From assembly GCF_009914755.1 (NCBI RefSeq), contig NC_060928.1: a stretch of 64,000 bases of DNA; one strand, 5' to 3'. The stretch comes from the human T2T-CHM13v2.0 reference genome, Homo sapiens. Made by a program: the position numbers and the translations under genes. The first letter of the stretch is position 1. Each line of letters begins with the position of its first letter. Below, piece after piece: positions 1 to 13,304 of this stretch. A model generated the notes under the pieces. The model was not told the origin of the DNA, did no database searches, and saw only the letters and a list, made by a program, of their open reading frames with translations.

Positions 1-328
1 TTATGATGGTTGCGAGATAAGGCTGGGGTGAGGGTTCCTGCATATGGTTTGAAATTCTCACTGGTACCAAAGGAGTGAGCACCTGGGCTTTCCTCATCAG
101 TTTGCCCAGGTGTGGAGCAGAAAGGGAAGAGGGAGAGGAGGGTAAAGCTTAAAAGCTATCAGGAGTTGAACATCAAGAAACAAGTCAGGTTCTTTATTAC
201 AGTGTGGGACCATTGAATAATGAAGGATGGCATCCCGTTTGTACGTGAACCCTTCACCAACTGAACTGATAGAGTGCTTTGTAGAGAGGAGCAAGAGCAA
301 AGGAGGGTACTGTTTTTATTTATTCTTT

Positions 329-809
329 GTGTCAGGGAAAAGGCTGTGACACCCCATTGACCTTGCACAATTCCATACAGGCAAAGGCTTAAGCTGCATC
401 TTATCTGAGCCCTGGCAGTACAACTTGATCCTCTTGGAACACTTCCCTACCTTCCCCGGGAGGCTGTCATGATAGTTTCTCATCCACTCCAGAGTTCTGA
501 TGAGGTATGGGACTTTCTGCCCTACCCGCCTCAGACTAGAGCTGCAGTATATAAAAGCATGTAGCTGCAGTCTAGAACTGACTCCCCAGCAACGGGATAT
601 CCCACAACTTGCCTTGTAGGCATCTGGCCCCTTTTGTGTTGGTGTTGTCCTTTTTGATGTATGGGGCAAAGATCACTGGGAGCTGGCACCTTTGGCTTAT
701 TCTTCTTTTCACTGTCTATGTAAGTAATAAACTATCCAAATCTAAAAGTGCCTGGTTGTATCTTAACCATCGAATCTTGGCCTTGGCCTTAGCCTTGCTT
801 TGCCTTGTC
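329..809 (+). mobile_element. ERV-type solo LTR, family unassigned
   Basis: Starts tgtcaggg. Has TATATAAAAG at 548-557 and AATAAA at 726-731, then a U5-like tail of ccttgg repeats ending tgtct. Ends are approximate. Confidence 0.45.
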
Positions 810-1406
810 TTTATATATGTGAGCTTGATAATCTGTAGTGTGGCTCAGTTTCTTATTTCTTTATATTTCTCCTATTTCAGATGTTTGGTATTTTCCTGGC
901 ATGGATATTTATCTTTTTCATTTCCACAAATTTACTTGGTCTTTTGCCTTAGCTTTTTCCTTTCTAAATTTGCATTCTTACATACCTGTTAAAGAAAAAT
1001 TAGAAAGTAATGAAGATAGCAATAAAAACTGTAAGGGATAAAGGAATAAATCTAAGAAAAAATATGTGATACTGGTATTGAGAAATTGTAATAACTTATA
1101 TTAAAAGAAGACCTAAATAAATGGAGCGATACATCAAATTCTGCAAATTAATCTATAAGTTTAGTGTAACTTGAATTAAAATCCTTTGTGAAGCCAGACT
1201 AAATAACTTTTACTTAAATGAAATAATAAAGGACCACATTTTTATGCCCTCCGTAAGTCTTTTGTAGACACCTCTTTCTTAGAGCCCAAACTATAAATAA
1301 AAGACACAGTACACTAGAATAATTTGACATATAAATGCGCAGAGTGAGTTGGTTACCAAGGTGGCTAGCATTTATACCTTAGATAAATTAAAATTTAAGG
1401 TGTTTT

Positions 1407-1510
1407 AGCATACAACATATCCACGTAACAAAACTGCACTTGTACCCCTTATAAATTTTTAAAACCTTTGTATAAATTTTTTTTAATTATACAAATTTTT
1501 TAAAAAGGAA
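1407..1510 (+). mobile_element. Very short old L1 3'-end insertion
   Basis: Contains the L1 3' terminal motif gtaacaaaactgcacttgtacccc. Flanked by a 17-bp TSD with 1 mismatch: aaaatttaaggtgtttt (1390-1406) and aaaatttaagatgtttt (1511-1527). Confidence 0.6.
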
Positions 1511-4185
1511 AAAATTTAAGATGTTTTGAAATCAAGGTGGTAAGAACATTGGCTTTTTATTAAAGGGCCTTTATAGGAATTTTATTAAAACTTTAAAGTA
1601 CCTGTTTGGCTTTTGAGGACCCTTTAAAGTCCTAAAATCATTTTGTGATTTGGGAACTATAATGTATTCCTTATAATTTGATTTTCCTATTAACATTTTT
1701 GGTTTATTTTAAATGAAATTTTCCTGCTAGACAATAATTACAGCTATACTCATTTACCTTTTAAATGCTCCTGTGTTTGTGTGTTGAGAAATACAATTGC
1801 TAAACTTCGAGGAACCTTGTATTTTTGCCAGTGTTTCAAGCTAAAACTTGAAGATAAGTAGTGTCATATTACAGTAAACAAAGATCATTATTGTGTTGTG
1901 GATGTAATACCCCCTGCGTCAAACATATATAAAAAGTGCTCAGATTCAGAGCCATACTATCACTTATGCCATCCAAAAAATTGTTTTTAATGAAGACAGG
2001 GGAAAAAAGAAAATCTAAATGCCGTATATACTGTGTTGGCCACAGGAAACTTTTAACAAATTCAGTATTTGAATTCTGTCCAGAAATGTGTTTCTCTAAT
2101 GCTTCATTTCTGTCACACTTGAAGAGATGGGTATCACTGTCATCCTGCACATACTGTTTGCTCATTCTTCATCCAGCAGCGTTTCTTGAGCACCTCATGT
2201 GGCGGACATTTTTTTCTAGGATATGAGAATAGATCAGTGGTCAAATGGATATTATCCCTGATCTCACAGATTTTATATTCAATAAAGGAGAGACAGATAA
2301 TAGACAATAAAATGTAGGCAACCACTTACCACTGAGGAAAAGAAAACTTATGGAAGGCCTCTCTGAGAAGATGACATTTCAGCTGAGACTTGAATGGCAG
2401 TAGGGACCAACTATGTGAAGATCACAACAAAGAGCATCTTAGGTACGGGAAGGGCTAGGGCTAGTGCAAAGATGTATCGTGGGGATGGGAGAGTGGTGCA
2501 GAATGAGCCTGGAGAGGAAATAAGGGGTCTGATCCCACTGCTACATTTTTTATTTTGATGGGATTGTTTCCACATGTATTTGAATGGCTGCTGAAGACAG
2601 AGAAGAGTTAGGAGTTCTCTGCAGCATCCTTTCCCTAGATGTCTCCTTGCAAATGAAAATGCTTGGCAGGGCATAGATCTGTTCTAGGGTCCTGCCCTGA
2701 TCATTTGCTGTAGCCCTATTTCCTGGACAAAGTCTGAGGGTGCTGCCTGTTTGGAACCGTGATCACATTTTTCGGCAGAATAAATAAGCCAACCTCAAAA
2801 CTTTTTCCTTTGAAGAAACTGGAGCTGCTTCTGAGTGCTTGACTTCTGCACCTTCTTTCTCGACTTACCACATTATGTGGTTATGTTGTTAAATCCTTGA
2901 AGACTTTTGTTTGTTCTTCTTCTCCCTCAGAGTGTGAGCTCCATGAGGGCAGAAACCTACCCAATCTGTCATATTAACAGATCTGTTCCCAGCAGCTCAT
3001 ATAGTACCTGGCATATAGTAGATGCTCAATGAATATTTGAATGAGGGGGGGGAAATAAATCCATCCATATATATAAGTAGGAGTATGCTTGGATTTTTTT
3101 TGGTAAATATTGATATTATCTGGTTCTTTTCATATAGGATGTCTGGGATGTCCTCCCTTTGAGCCTTTTCCATGGCTGGCTTTTGTTGGCATTTAAGTCT
3201 CAGTTGAGATGACCCATTTTCATAAAGGTGATGTCGACCACTGATTAAAGAATTTATGTCTACCACCCCCAAAAACCTTTGTGCTAGTTATTTAGAGAAA
3301 ATCATGGTAACTTATTTTTATAGTAGTTACCACTGTCTGAAATAATCTTATTTATTCCATGAGTGTAAGTCTCTTAAGGGCAACTACTCTGCCTATGTCC
3401 CTTCAGTTTCCATCCTAGGTCCCTAGCATGGTGCAGGCACTTAGTAAGTGTTCAGTAAATATTCGTTGAGTGAATGGATTTGATTTAAGAGCTTCAGGGC
3501 CTTATTTGGTCAAATCTAAATTCTTTCATCAAATAATCACTACAGTGTTTTCTAGTAAACTGTCACAAGTAGCAAAAATTTTTTTTCAGAGAAAGTTAAA
3601 CATTAATCTTGAACTTGATTGGCACATGCCAGGAACAGCAGCAAGCAGCATTTTAAAATCTTTAGATTGATTCTCTTTTCTTGTTGTTAATCTCTGCAGG
3701 TATAAATGGATGCTAGTTGAAGATACCTCCTTAGATAGGAGGGTTGGGACAAAAGCACAGTTGTGTTTAAGCTGGGCGTTAACCAGATATAAAATGTTAA
3801 CAGTAATCTGGTGATGGGACTAGTGTTAATTTTAATTTTCTTCTTAATGCACAAAACTGCCAAAGTCTTTGCAACCTATATGCATTAACTTTTTTCTAAT
3901 TATAAAAGTATTGTAAAAGAAAAGCTCCTAAAAATATTAAGGAACATTTAGATATAGCACTTTTGAAACTGAAACTGAGCCTGTGAATAATTTAACTAAA
4001 AGTCTTGGCATTTGATAACTGAGGTACCAATTGGAGAATTTCTTTATCCAGTACACAGAGTTAACTGGAGGCACAGCTAGCACTGAACTCATGCAAAAGT
4101 TCTTTTCATTATCATGTAGATGCTAGGCCGTATTCCAAAGGTAGTGAATCAACTAGGGGAGAGCCCATGTTGCTGTCTTGTCTTT

Positions 4186-4322
4186 TTCTTTTTAAAGAGA
4201 TGAGGTCTCACTATGTTGTTTAGGCTGGACTCAAGCTCCTAGGCTCAAGCGATCCTCTGGGCTTGAGCTATCCTCCTGCCTCAGGCCACCAAGTTACTGG
4301 ACAACATGCTTGCACCACCACC
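4186..4322 (-). mobile_element. Alu monomer (FLAM-like)
   Basis: T-tract followed by gagatgaggtctcactatgtt...ggctcaagcgatcct. Confidence 0.75.
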
Positions 4323-5365
4323 TTCATGAAGCTTTCTTTTTAAACAAGCTCCCCAGGTGGCTCAGATGTATACTAGCACTCGAGCATTGCATGCATTGCA
4401 TCAGAAGGCCCTGCCATTCAGATAGTGAGCCAGGCCAACATTCAGATACACTGATGTTGACTGAATCCACCCTTTTGTCATGAAAATGGCAGTTGTTTTC
4501 AGGTTAAGGTTAGTCCTCTTGCATTTGAAAGTTGTACTGAATTGTTATCTAGAGTATATGATTAACAATGATGTGCCACAGCACTTTTACATAAAAATCT
4601 TAAAATACTTTTGATGAGGAAACGCTGGATAGCACTAAGCCAACACTGTAATATAAACTGTCTCATTTGCATGCCATAAAAAGTGTCATTCAGCAGGAAA
4701 AAAGGAATGTTCTCTTTGATTTTTTGCCTTCTCTTGTTATGTCTCTTTTACAAGTTATAAGTTCTTCTCATAATTAACTAATTAGAACTAATAATCTTCT
4801 AGTACACCAAGTTGTCTTACTTGGCCCACCTTTTCCGAGAATGATTAGAAGGAGTGAAAAGCTAACATTTATCGTGTGGGTGACTGGGTTAAGTGTTGTA
4901 TGTGTATTGATTTGTTTAATCTTCACAGGAAGCTTATGAAATAGCTGTTTTTTCAGATTTTTCTTTGATCTGCAACCCATGCTAATGCATTTTACATCAT
5001 GATCTAGTAAGAAACATCTTTATATATTACAGAGAATTTTCATGGATTAATATTAACAGTGCAATATACTCTGTTTTCTTTTCTGTTTTTTTAAATGTTG
5101 GTTTTGATCCACTAGACAATTCAGAATCCGCTAGCAGATAGCAGCTTTCATGAAAAATACTGAGGTGTGGTACTTTATTGTCCCCGTTTTACAGATGAGA
5201 GAGCTGACACGTTAAGTAAACTGCTGGCCAAGTGTCACAGCTACTAGACACAGAAGCAGGATTTGAACTAGGAGCCTGGACTCTTACTCAGTTTGCTAAC
5301 CTGAATTATATAATACAGATAATTTCCAGAATAAATTGGACCTCAGGGTCTTCTCTGTCTTGTGT

Positions 5366-8196
5366 TGTAGGGGCAGAAAGGTTGTGATACCTTTTCTCAC
5401 CCCTCTTAAGGGTAATAGCTGACACACCTGTAACAAAATACAGGTTAACAAGAGAAAAGCGTAACAAATGATTTAATCAAAATTTTACGTGAAGAGGAGG
5501 CAGAGCAAGATGGCTGAATGGAAGCCTCCACCGATCGTCCTCTCTGCAGGAACCCCAAATTTGAAAACTATCCACACACACAAAAAAATAACTTCATAAA
5601 AATCAAAAATCAGGTGAACGATCACAGAACCTGCTTTTAACTTCATAGAGGGTGGGAGGGTAGGCGAGACAGTCTTGAATTGCCAGCGCCACCCCTCCCC
5701 AATCCCCTGGACGTGTGGTGCAGAAAGGGAATCTGTGCACTTGGGGAGAAACTTTGCATTGGAATGCAGTGCTGCCAACACCAGGCAGAGCTCAGCTGGT
5801 GCCCACGGAGCACTTACTCCAGCCCTAGCCAGAAGGAAGCGCCCATCCCAGCAGCTGGAACTTGAGTTACAGAAAGCCTTGCCACCACGGACTAAAGTGC
5901 TCTGGGGTCCTAAATAAATAAACTTGAAAGGCTGTCTAGACCACAAGGACTGCAACTCCTGGGCCAGTTCTGATGCTGTGCTGGGCTCAGAGCCAGTGGA
6001 CTTGGGGTGCACACAGCTTAGTGATACACCAGCCGGGGCAACTAAGGGAATGCTTGTGCCACCAATCTCCCAACCCCAGGCAGTGTAGTTCGTAGCTCCA
6101 GGAGAGACTCCTTTCTTCCACTTGGAGAGGAGAGGGAACAGTAAAGAGGACTTTGTCTTGGATACCAGCTCAGACACAGTAGGATAGAGCACTGGGCAAT
6201 GTCATGAGGTGCCTATTCTAGGCCCTAGCTCCCAGACAACATTTTCAGACACAGCCTGGGCACAAAGGAACCCGCTGCCTTGAAGGGAAGGACCCAGTAC
6301 TGGCAGGATTCATCACCTGCTGACTTAAGGCCCTGGGTGAGACTCTGAGACGTGACATGACCTAGCACAGTCACTGCTGTGGTGGCTTTGAGGAGAGGCC
6401 CCTTATGCTTGAGAAAACGGTACCAGGTTGGCCATAGTGGGGTAGAGCACCAAGCAGGCACTTAGGGTCCTCAGTTCCAGACATTGGCTCTTGGACAGCA
6501 TCTATGGACCTGCCCTGGGCCAGAGGGGACCCCACTGCCCTAAGGGTGAGTCCCAGGCCTGGCAGCATTCACCATAAGCTGACTGAAGAGCCCTTGGGCG
6601 TTAAGTGAACATCACTATAGGCTGGCAGTAGCCACTATGGGCCCGTGGTGGTGGTGGACATGGAGAGAGACTCCTCTGCCTGGGGACAGGAGAGGGAAGA
6701 GTTGGAATGACTTTGTCTTGTGGCTTGGGTGCCAGCCCAGCTGCAGCAGAACAGAGCATCAGGTAGATTCGTAAGGTTTCTGACTCCAGGCATTGGCTCA
6801 CAGCATCTCTGGACTCACCAGGGGGAACTTGCCACCTTTGAGGGAAGGACACAAGCCTGGCTGGCTTCACAACCTGCTGATTTTAGAGCCCTAGGTCTTC
6901 AGCAAATACAGGCGGTAACCAGGTAGTACTTGCAGCAGGCCTTGGGCAATACCCAGTGCTGTGCTGGCTTCAGGTCTGCCCCAATACAGTCTCAATGGTG
7001 GTGGTCACAGGGATGTTTGTTTCACCCTTCCTCCAGCTCTAGGCAGCTCAGCAGAGAGAGAAAGAGACTCCATTTGTTTGGGACAAAGTAAAGGAAGAGA
7101 ACAAGAGTCTTTGCCTGGTAATCCAGAGAATTCTTCTAGATCTTATCCAAGATCAGCCAAGGGGAGCACAGTGTCAGCTGGCTTGTTCAGATACAGCTGC
7201 AGTGACCAAAGACTTAGATCACAATACCCAAGTCCCTTCAAATATTTGGAAAGCCTGCCCAAGAAGGGTGGGTACAGACAAGCCCAGATTGTGAAGACTA
7301 CAATCAATACCTAACTCTTCAATGCCCAGACACTGACTGACATCTACAAGCATAAAGACCATCCAGGATCACGTTACCTCACCAAATGGACTAAATACAG
7401 CACCAGGGGCCAGTCCTGGAGAGACAGAGATATGTGACCTTTCAGACAGAGAATTCAAAATAGCTGTGTTGAGGAAACTCAAAATTCAAGAGAACACAGA
7501 AGGAATTCAGAATCCTATCAGATATATTTAATGAAGAAATGGAAATAATTAAAAAGAATCAAGCAGAAATTCTGGAGTTGAAAAATGCAATTGTCATACT
7601 GAAGAATGCATCAAAATTTTATATGGCATGGGAGCCTTCAGAGATACCCAAAGACCCAAGGGAAAACTGTCCCTTTTTATGCTTAGATTTGATGAAGGAG
7701 TGGGTAGCCAGGTAGAATTGTAATTGGACAAAAGGGGGTTGATCTTATAGTCACAGACCAAAGGGGAAAACCCACCTAGCAAGGGCCCATCCTGATTCTT
7801 CTTGATCTCTCTGTGTGGCATTTCTTCCTGTCAGGTATAGGACTGGACCCCTTCTGGAATTAAGGGTCTTACGATCTACTTTCAGATAAAGTAGGCCTAA
7901 GAATTTCCTTATAGCCAGCTCTTACATAGAAAGGCAAGGGAATGTTAAAGTAATATTTCTAGGTTTCATGGCGGGCTTTGGGGGAAAAGGGGATCTAGTT
8001 TCTGTGACTTGCCTTAATGAAGAGGAATTTTAGTTTCTGTGGTTTGCCTTGCAGGGAGGAGGGGGAGCAGGAGAAAGAAGGTCAGGAGAAGATCTGAGAC
8101 AGACTTGACTTCTGAGGCCTTCCAGTGTCCTTTGGTTCAAAGTGCTCAGGATGCCAGGGCACCATATTTTGGGGTATCATTTTCTGAGCCCTAATA
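5366..8196 (-). mobile_element. MER39-like ERV1 LTR split by an L1 fragment (LTR parts about 5366-5492 and 7610-8196)
   Basis: The two parts joined are colinear with the second LTR copy at 13305-13957 (acaggttaacaagaga...ggagccttcaga...ggggtatc.ttttctgagc). Family name is from recalled consensus. Confidence 0.7.
5493..7609 (+). mobile_element. Old primate L1 (L1PB/L1MA-type): 5' UTR plus start of ORF1, 3'-truncated
   Basis: Starts with an L1 5' end (gaggcagagcaagatggctgaa). ORF1-like segment gacagagaattcaaaatagctg...gaaattctggagttgaaaaatgcaa. No ORF2 and no poly(A). Confidence 0.75.
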
Positions 8197-9900
8197 CTGT
8201 GACAGGAGAAAAGTATTTATCCAGCAAGTACCATCTGTCAACCTTGTTCTCTGCCTGCCAGAAGTTGATTTGCTCAGCATAAGGGAAGGAGAGAGGCAGG
8301 ACCCTAGAGATGTGGGAGGGGGCTTCTGGATTCTGTAGGGGACTTTAGGAACTAGGGGGCAGGACAGAAACGTCTAATTAGGATGTTTTATTAAGTAATT
8401 TTGTGTGACTCCAAGGAAAAGCTCTCTTCTAACTCCTTTCAAAATTCTCAGAAAAATTACCTGTTCACTGATACTTGAAATGTGGATTTGGTTTTGGGGA
8501 TTTAAGTCTGGTCTCAAGATGGCAACCAGGTCAGCTTACTGGGGCCAGCCACATGTAACAGTTTGGTTAAAAAAAAAAAAAAGTGCCATACGTTCAGGAA
8601 GCATTTGCTAATTGCCTACTGTGGTCAAGGCACCGTTATGGGTACAATGGATGCAAAGATGATTAAGACCTACCAAACAAATTTTCTGTGAATATCAGCT
8701 AGATAAAAGGAAAAGCATCTCAGAGACCTCTGCTTTGGAAAGAAACTTGAGTCATCATGTTCATTGATACTATTATAGACTTGTCCACCACTTACCCCAG
8801 TTGCCTACCACACCTGGCATTACTTATTAGTTGATAGCAAAGTAACTCCTGTAGTATTTAAGAGCTCAGGTCGGGAAGTCAGGTTATTTACATTTGCCTA
8901 CAAAAGTATAAATGTAATAGTTCATGTGGAGACACTGCTTTATCAAGTGATATTCATGAGCATAGTATACTGTATTTACCAAAATCAATTTCCTTTGCCC
9001 TGTGATTTGTTTCAGAAAATGTTGACTGGCCATCTGTAGCACCCTATTTTATTTTCCACTGGACTGAGTGACATTTCAATGTCTAATTCCTTAGCCTTAG
9101 GGAAGTAAAAGCAGAACAAGTCTGTTTTCTTCCATTCTTTCAAACCAGTAGATGTTCATCAAGCAGCTTGACTTGAAAGAAACCCTTTGCCTACCTGAGA
9201 GGGACTAGTCCCTCCTCCCTGCCTGTTAGAAAAGTCTGGGATGGCACTGTCAGCTCATACTTCCTGAGACACAGGTGTAGGCATCTAATATGTAGCAGGA
9301 GGAAGCAGAGAAAGGTTCAGAGGCAAATAAGTAATCCAAGCAGAAAGCATATTGGAGAGTAGAGGTTTCTTTTTCACAGACAACAGAGTAGCAGTGGGGG
9401 CTGGAGGGAAGGAGGATAAGTATTGTATATATGGAGATGAAGTTTGGGAGACAGGATACTAGATGGGGAAAAAACTTATTTGCCTAATTTTACCTCAAAG
9501 TATAGAGTGAAGGATTACTAAGGAGGAAATATGTGTAAAGTAAGCATTATGTATGGCATTAGTTACCTGGTGGCAATATAGTTATGTTGTGTGGACCATT
9601 TTAGTAGAAATCTGCAATCTACAGTCTGAGCAATGATTATTTTGCATTTGTAATATGGGCCTGCTAATTTGTGCACTTGCTACATCTGTGACTCTTATTT
9701 CGTTTAATTTGTGTTCCTTTTTAAAGGATGTTTTCTTTGCTGTTCAGAAATCTTAGGAAGAGAGAAATTATAGTCTCCCCCTGCTGGATATGACTGGTAG
9801 AACCTGAAATTTTAGATTACTTGGCATAGATATTTTTTTTCCAATTTTTGGATTGTATTAAAATACATATAATATGAAATTTACCATCTCAACCATTTTA

Positions 9901-9950
9901 TTAGGTTGGTGCAAAGGTAATTGCGGGTTTTGTCATTTTTTTAGTGGCGA
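9901..9950. mobile_element. MADE1 (Hsmar1 MITE) half element inside an old L1M 3' fragment (about 9835-10030)
   Basis: ttaggttggtgcaaaggtaattgcgggttttgtcatt matches the MADE1 terminal inverted repeat and follows a TA. The second arm is missing. Confidence 0.75.
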
Positions 9951-10087
9951 AGTGTACAGTTTAGTGATATTAAATACATAATAAATGTAGAGTTCAGTGA
10001 TATTAAATACATTCTTAATGTTGTGCATTATGTAGCTACATGAGGACTAATTGACCTCAACTTTCAAATTCCAAATTCTTCCTACAG

Positions 10088-10217
10088 CCTCACTAAGCAG
10101 TCTTTTGATCACACCTTTCCCATCTCCAAGCTCCTCTACATCTTCTTCCAGCAGTTACCAGCGCCGCTGGCTTCGAAGTCAGACAACAAGTTTGGAAAAT
10201 GGCATCATCCCAAGAAG
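10088..10217 (+). CDS. FNIP2: FNIP2 coding exon (probably exon 8), phase 1 to 2
   Basis: cctacag|CC...AGAAG|gtgagt. Encodes [42 protein letters not shown], typical of the FNIP family. Confidence 0.95.
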
Positions 10218-12147
10218 GTGAGTTGCAAGTTTCCTCTTGCTGAGAAAAGTAGGAGTGTAGGCAGCTTGATGAAACTGGCAGGGAGGCTGTTCGTGCCTAT
10301 TGTCAGTGGAAAAAAAACCAAAACTTTTTTATTAGCTTCAGCTGAGCCTGAAAGTTTACAAATTGGAAGTTCTAAAGGGAAGAATAAATAAAAGCTGAAA
10401 TTTTAAAATCTCCTCCTTTGGAAGACACTGGGGAGTATCTGGGTAGTTGTATCATGTTGAGCTAGATTGGGTGTTCATTTAAAATGGTGTGCTCTCTTTA
10501 AAATGAGTCCCTTCCAGATGTAGCTTGTATAAGTAATGAAGGGTGGATCAATCTCTTCCTTGGCTACAGTGATACCAGTGTGGTATTCAAAAATATATGA
10601 AGTCAAGGGTTTGTGATATATTCTCTTTGTAAAATGTAAATTCTTCAACTAAACAGATATGAACATGATTTTAAATAGAGATGGCATCTAGGTATTTTCT
10701 GTCTTTATTTCAGCTGGTTTTGTGTGCAAAATGTACATTTGATGTTACATTCATAGCTTCCAACTTGTTCTTCCTACAATCCAAATACTTGAAGTGGAAT
10801 TTTTATATGTACCTATAAAAATTCACATGTCAATTAACTGATTTAGTAAATTGACTAGTACTCAACATACGTAGAGATCCGTGAAGGTATAAGACAGTTC
10901 AGCTATGTGCCTGTACTTGGATAGTTTACAAGATGGTACATGATAAATATCACAGGGAGACATAAAGTGCCATGAGACTCAGGATGGAGAAAATACAGTG
11001 ATGGTCATGGGGGGAATTAGGGAGCCCTTCCTGGAAGAGATGACACTGCAGGGACAAGCTGAGAAACTGAGGGGTCAGGATGTGTGAGCAGCACATGTCA
11101 GGTGGCTTGCCTCGCTTCTGTTCCTTTCACAATCCTAGGGAGCTAGCTGGAAAGAAAAAATTATAGCTTTGTCACCCATCAAGAAGCTGCTTTTTGGTTG
11201 GTGGACTTTGAATGAGATGATTAAAAGCTTGGAATTTTGTGTGAACACAAGTCCTAGCTCTGTCACTCACTAGATGTCTGATAGAATAAGTTAACCTGGA
11301 TTCTGAGTGTTGCATCGTCATCTGCAATATGATAATAATACTAGCACAGCTTCCGAGTGTGGCTGGGAGGGTTAAATGAGATAAATCAAGTCCGGTGTTT
11401 AGCCAAGACATAGGATATGGGCAATAAAATGTGGCCAATGTGAATTATTTACTATTATTATTGCTGTCATTGTCATTACCATTACTGCAACTGTCAGGAG
11501 ACGGCATCGCCACCATCCTCACTGTCATTATGACAGCTTCTGTGATTGGAAGAGATAGGTCTTGGAAACCATCCTCTTTCAACATTTCTTTTCTGAAAAT
11601 GTTTTTTTATCCCTTCAGGTTTAAATCCAAAGTTGAAATAATACACCTAAAATAAGTATCTTACATTCAGAAAGGTTGTGAATATGGTCAAGGCTGGCTA
11701 CCTAGTTTATGGGCCAGTGCAAAATAAAAATGTGGTCCTCTTACCCAAAAAACAAGAAAAGAGTTATTAAAGGGACTAAAAAGAAAAAAAGTTTTTCTTT
11801 AAGAATACTTTATATGTAAGATATAATAGAGATGATAGTGATAGATGAATAATAATATAAACTAATAAATTCCAAACATAATATTTTTGATGTCATAATT
11901 TTATATTATAATATCATTATGTGATATCTTGTGTTGTAAGCCTTTTCTGCAAATACATTTGTTTAGTCATCAAAGTTTATAGTTTTAGCAACTTGGCTTT
12001 CAGTGGATATAATTGAAAGTGATAGTCACTCCTGGCAAATGCAAGGTGGCAAATAATTTTTGATAATTTTTTACTTGGAGAAGGATCTTTCTGCTGATGC
12101 AGTCTTACATAGCTTTATGGACTATGACAACATCTGGATAAATTTTT

Positions 12148-12436
12148 TTTATTATTATTATACTTTAAGTTCTAAGGTACATGTGCACAACGTGCAGGTT
12201 TGTTACATATGTATACATGTGCCATGTTGGTGTGCTGCACCCATTAACTTGTCATTTACATTAGGTATATCTCCTAATGCTATCCCTCCCCCATCCCCCT
12301 ACCCCACGACAGGCGCCGGTGTGTGATGTTCCCCACCCTGTGTCCAAGTGGGGACATTGTTCAGTGCCCACCTATGAGTGAGAACATGCGGTGTTTGGTT
12401 TTCTGTCCTTGCGATAGTTTGCTCAGAATGATGGTT
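12148..12436 (-). mobile_element. L1PA 3' end, 5'-truncated
   Basis: L1PA 3' UTR (tactttaagttctaaggtacatgtgcacaacgtgcagg). TSD tggataaattttt at 12135-12147 and 12438-12450. Confidence 0.9.
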
Positions 12437-13304
12437 ATGGATAAATTTTTGATAAACTTTCAAGATGTAAATTTTAGTACATCTGGATCAGATGATTCTT
12501 GTTAAACAGTTTTTTAAAAGATTTAATTCTTCACACAAATCCATTTTGAGTAAGTCTGAATTTAATTTTAGATGTAAATTTATACAAGCTTATTTTAATA
12601 TTTCTTCTGACATTTCCTGTAACTTGTGGAGATCTTACAAGAAACTAAAAATGTTCTCATGAGTTATATATAATTCAAAAAGCCTGTTTATGCATTCTAT
12701 CACTGTGTCCTCAATTACAAGGAAAAATTAATTTTAAAATGGCCTTCCTCTTTAATAATTTGTTCATCTGAAGCTTCATATGAAAACAGTGTATTTTTTT
12801 GTCCAGTATAACAATCTTTACATTCAATTTCTATTTCTATGCCTATGAATATTTACTTTGCAGTGTTGCAGCAGTTTTCAAAAACAGAGACTAAACTCTC
12901 TGCAGAATTATAATAACTCCCTGATATTCTTTATTGCAATGTCCCCATGTAGGCTTTTACTTTGTGATAATTTACTGTCCTGGTGCTCAGGTCATAGAGT
13001 TAAATATCTGTGCAGACTCTATAGGGACAGGCTCCGGTGACTGATGGGCAAACTGGCCTCCCACCCTGGTTCCTGGAGCTACCAGAGTCCCTCCTCTCTC
13101 CTCTCCCCTATCACCCACAACCATGGCTACTGCAGCTTCTGTTGTCACCACAGTCACAGCCATTAGTGTGGGTCCAAGACCTGGCAGTGCCGCTTTAGAG
13201 TCTTCTAACACCGTGTCCTGCCCCAGGCTTATGGGTATGTGCCTGACTGCCGGGCCAGTTGCTCGGTGTCTGGGCTGCAAGCCCTGGGTTCTGAGTTCAT
13301 CCGT

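Noticed and set aside
3670-3706. Polypyrimidine-CAG|GTATAA as a recursive splice site (similar motifs near 4500 and 11618)
   Set aside because: The regenerated donors are weak and such motifs are expected by chance.
5485-6192. 235-aa minus-strand ORF
   Set aside because: It lies antisense within an old L1 5' UTR, with no recognisable domain or exon structure.
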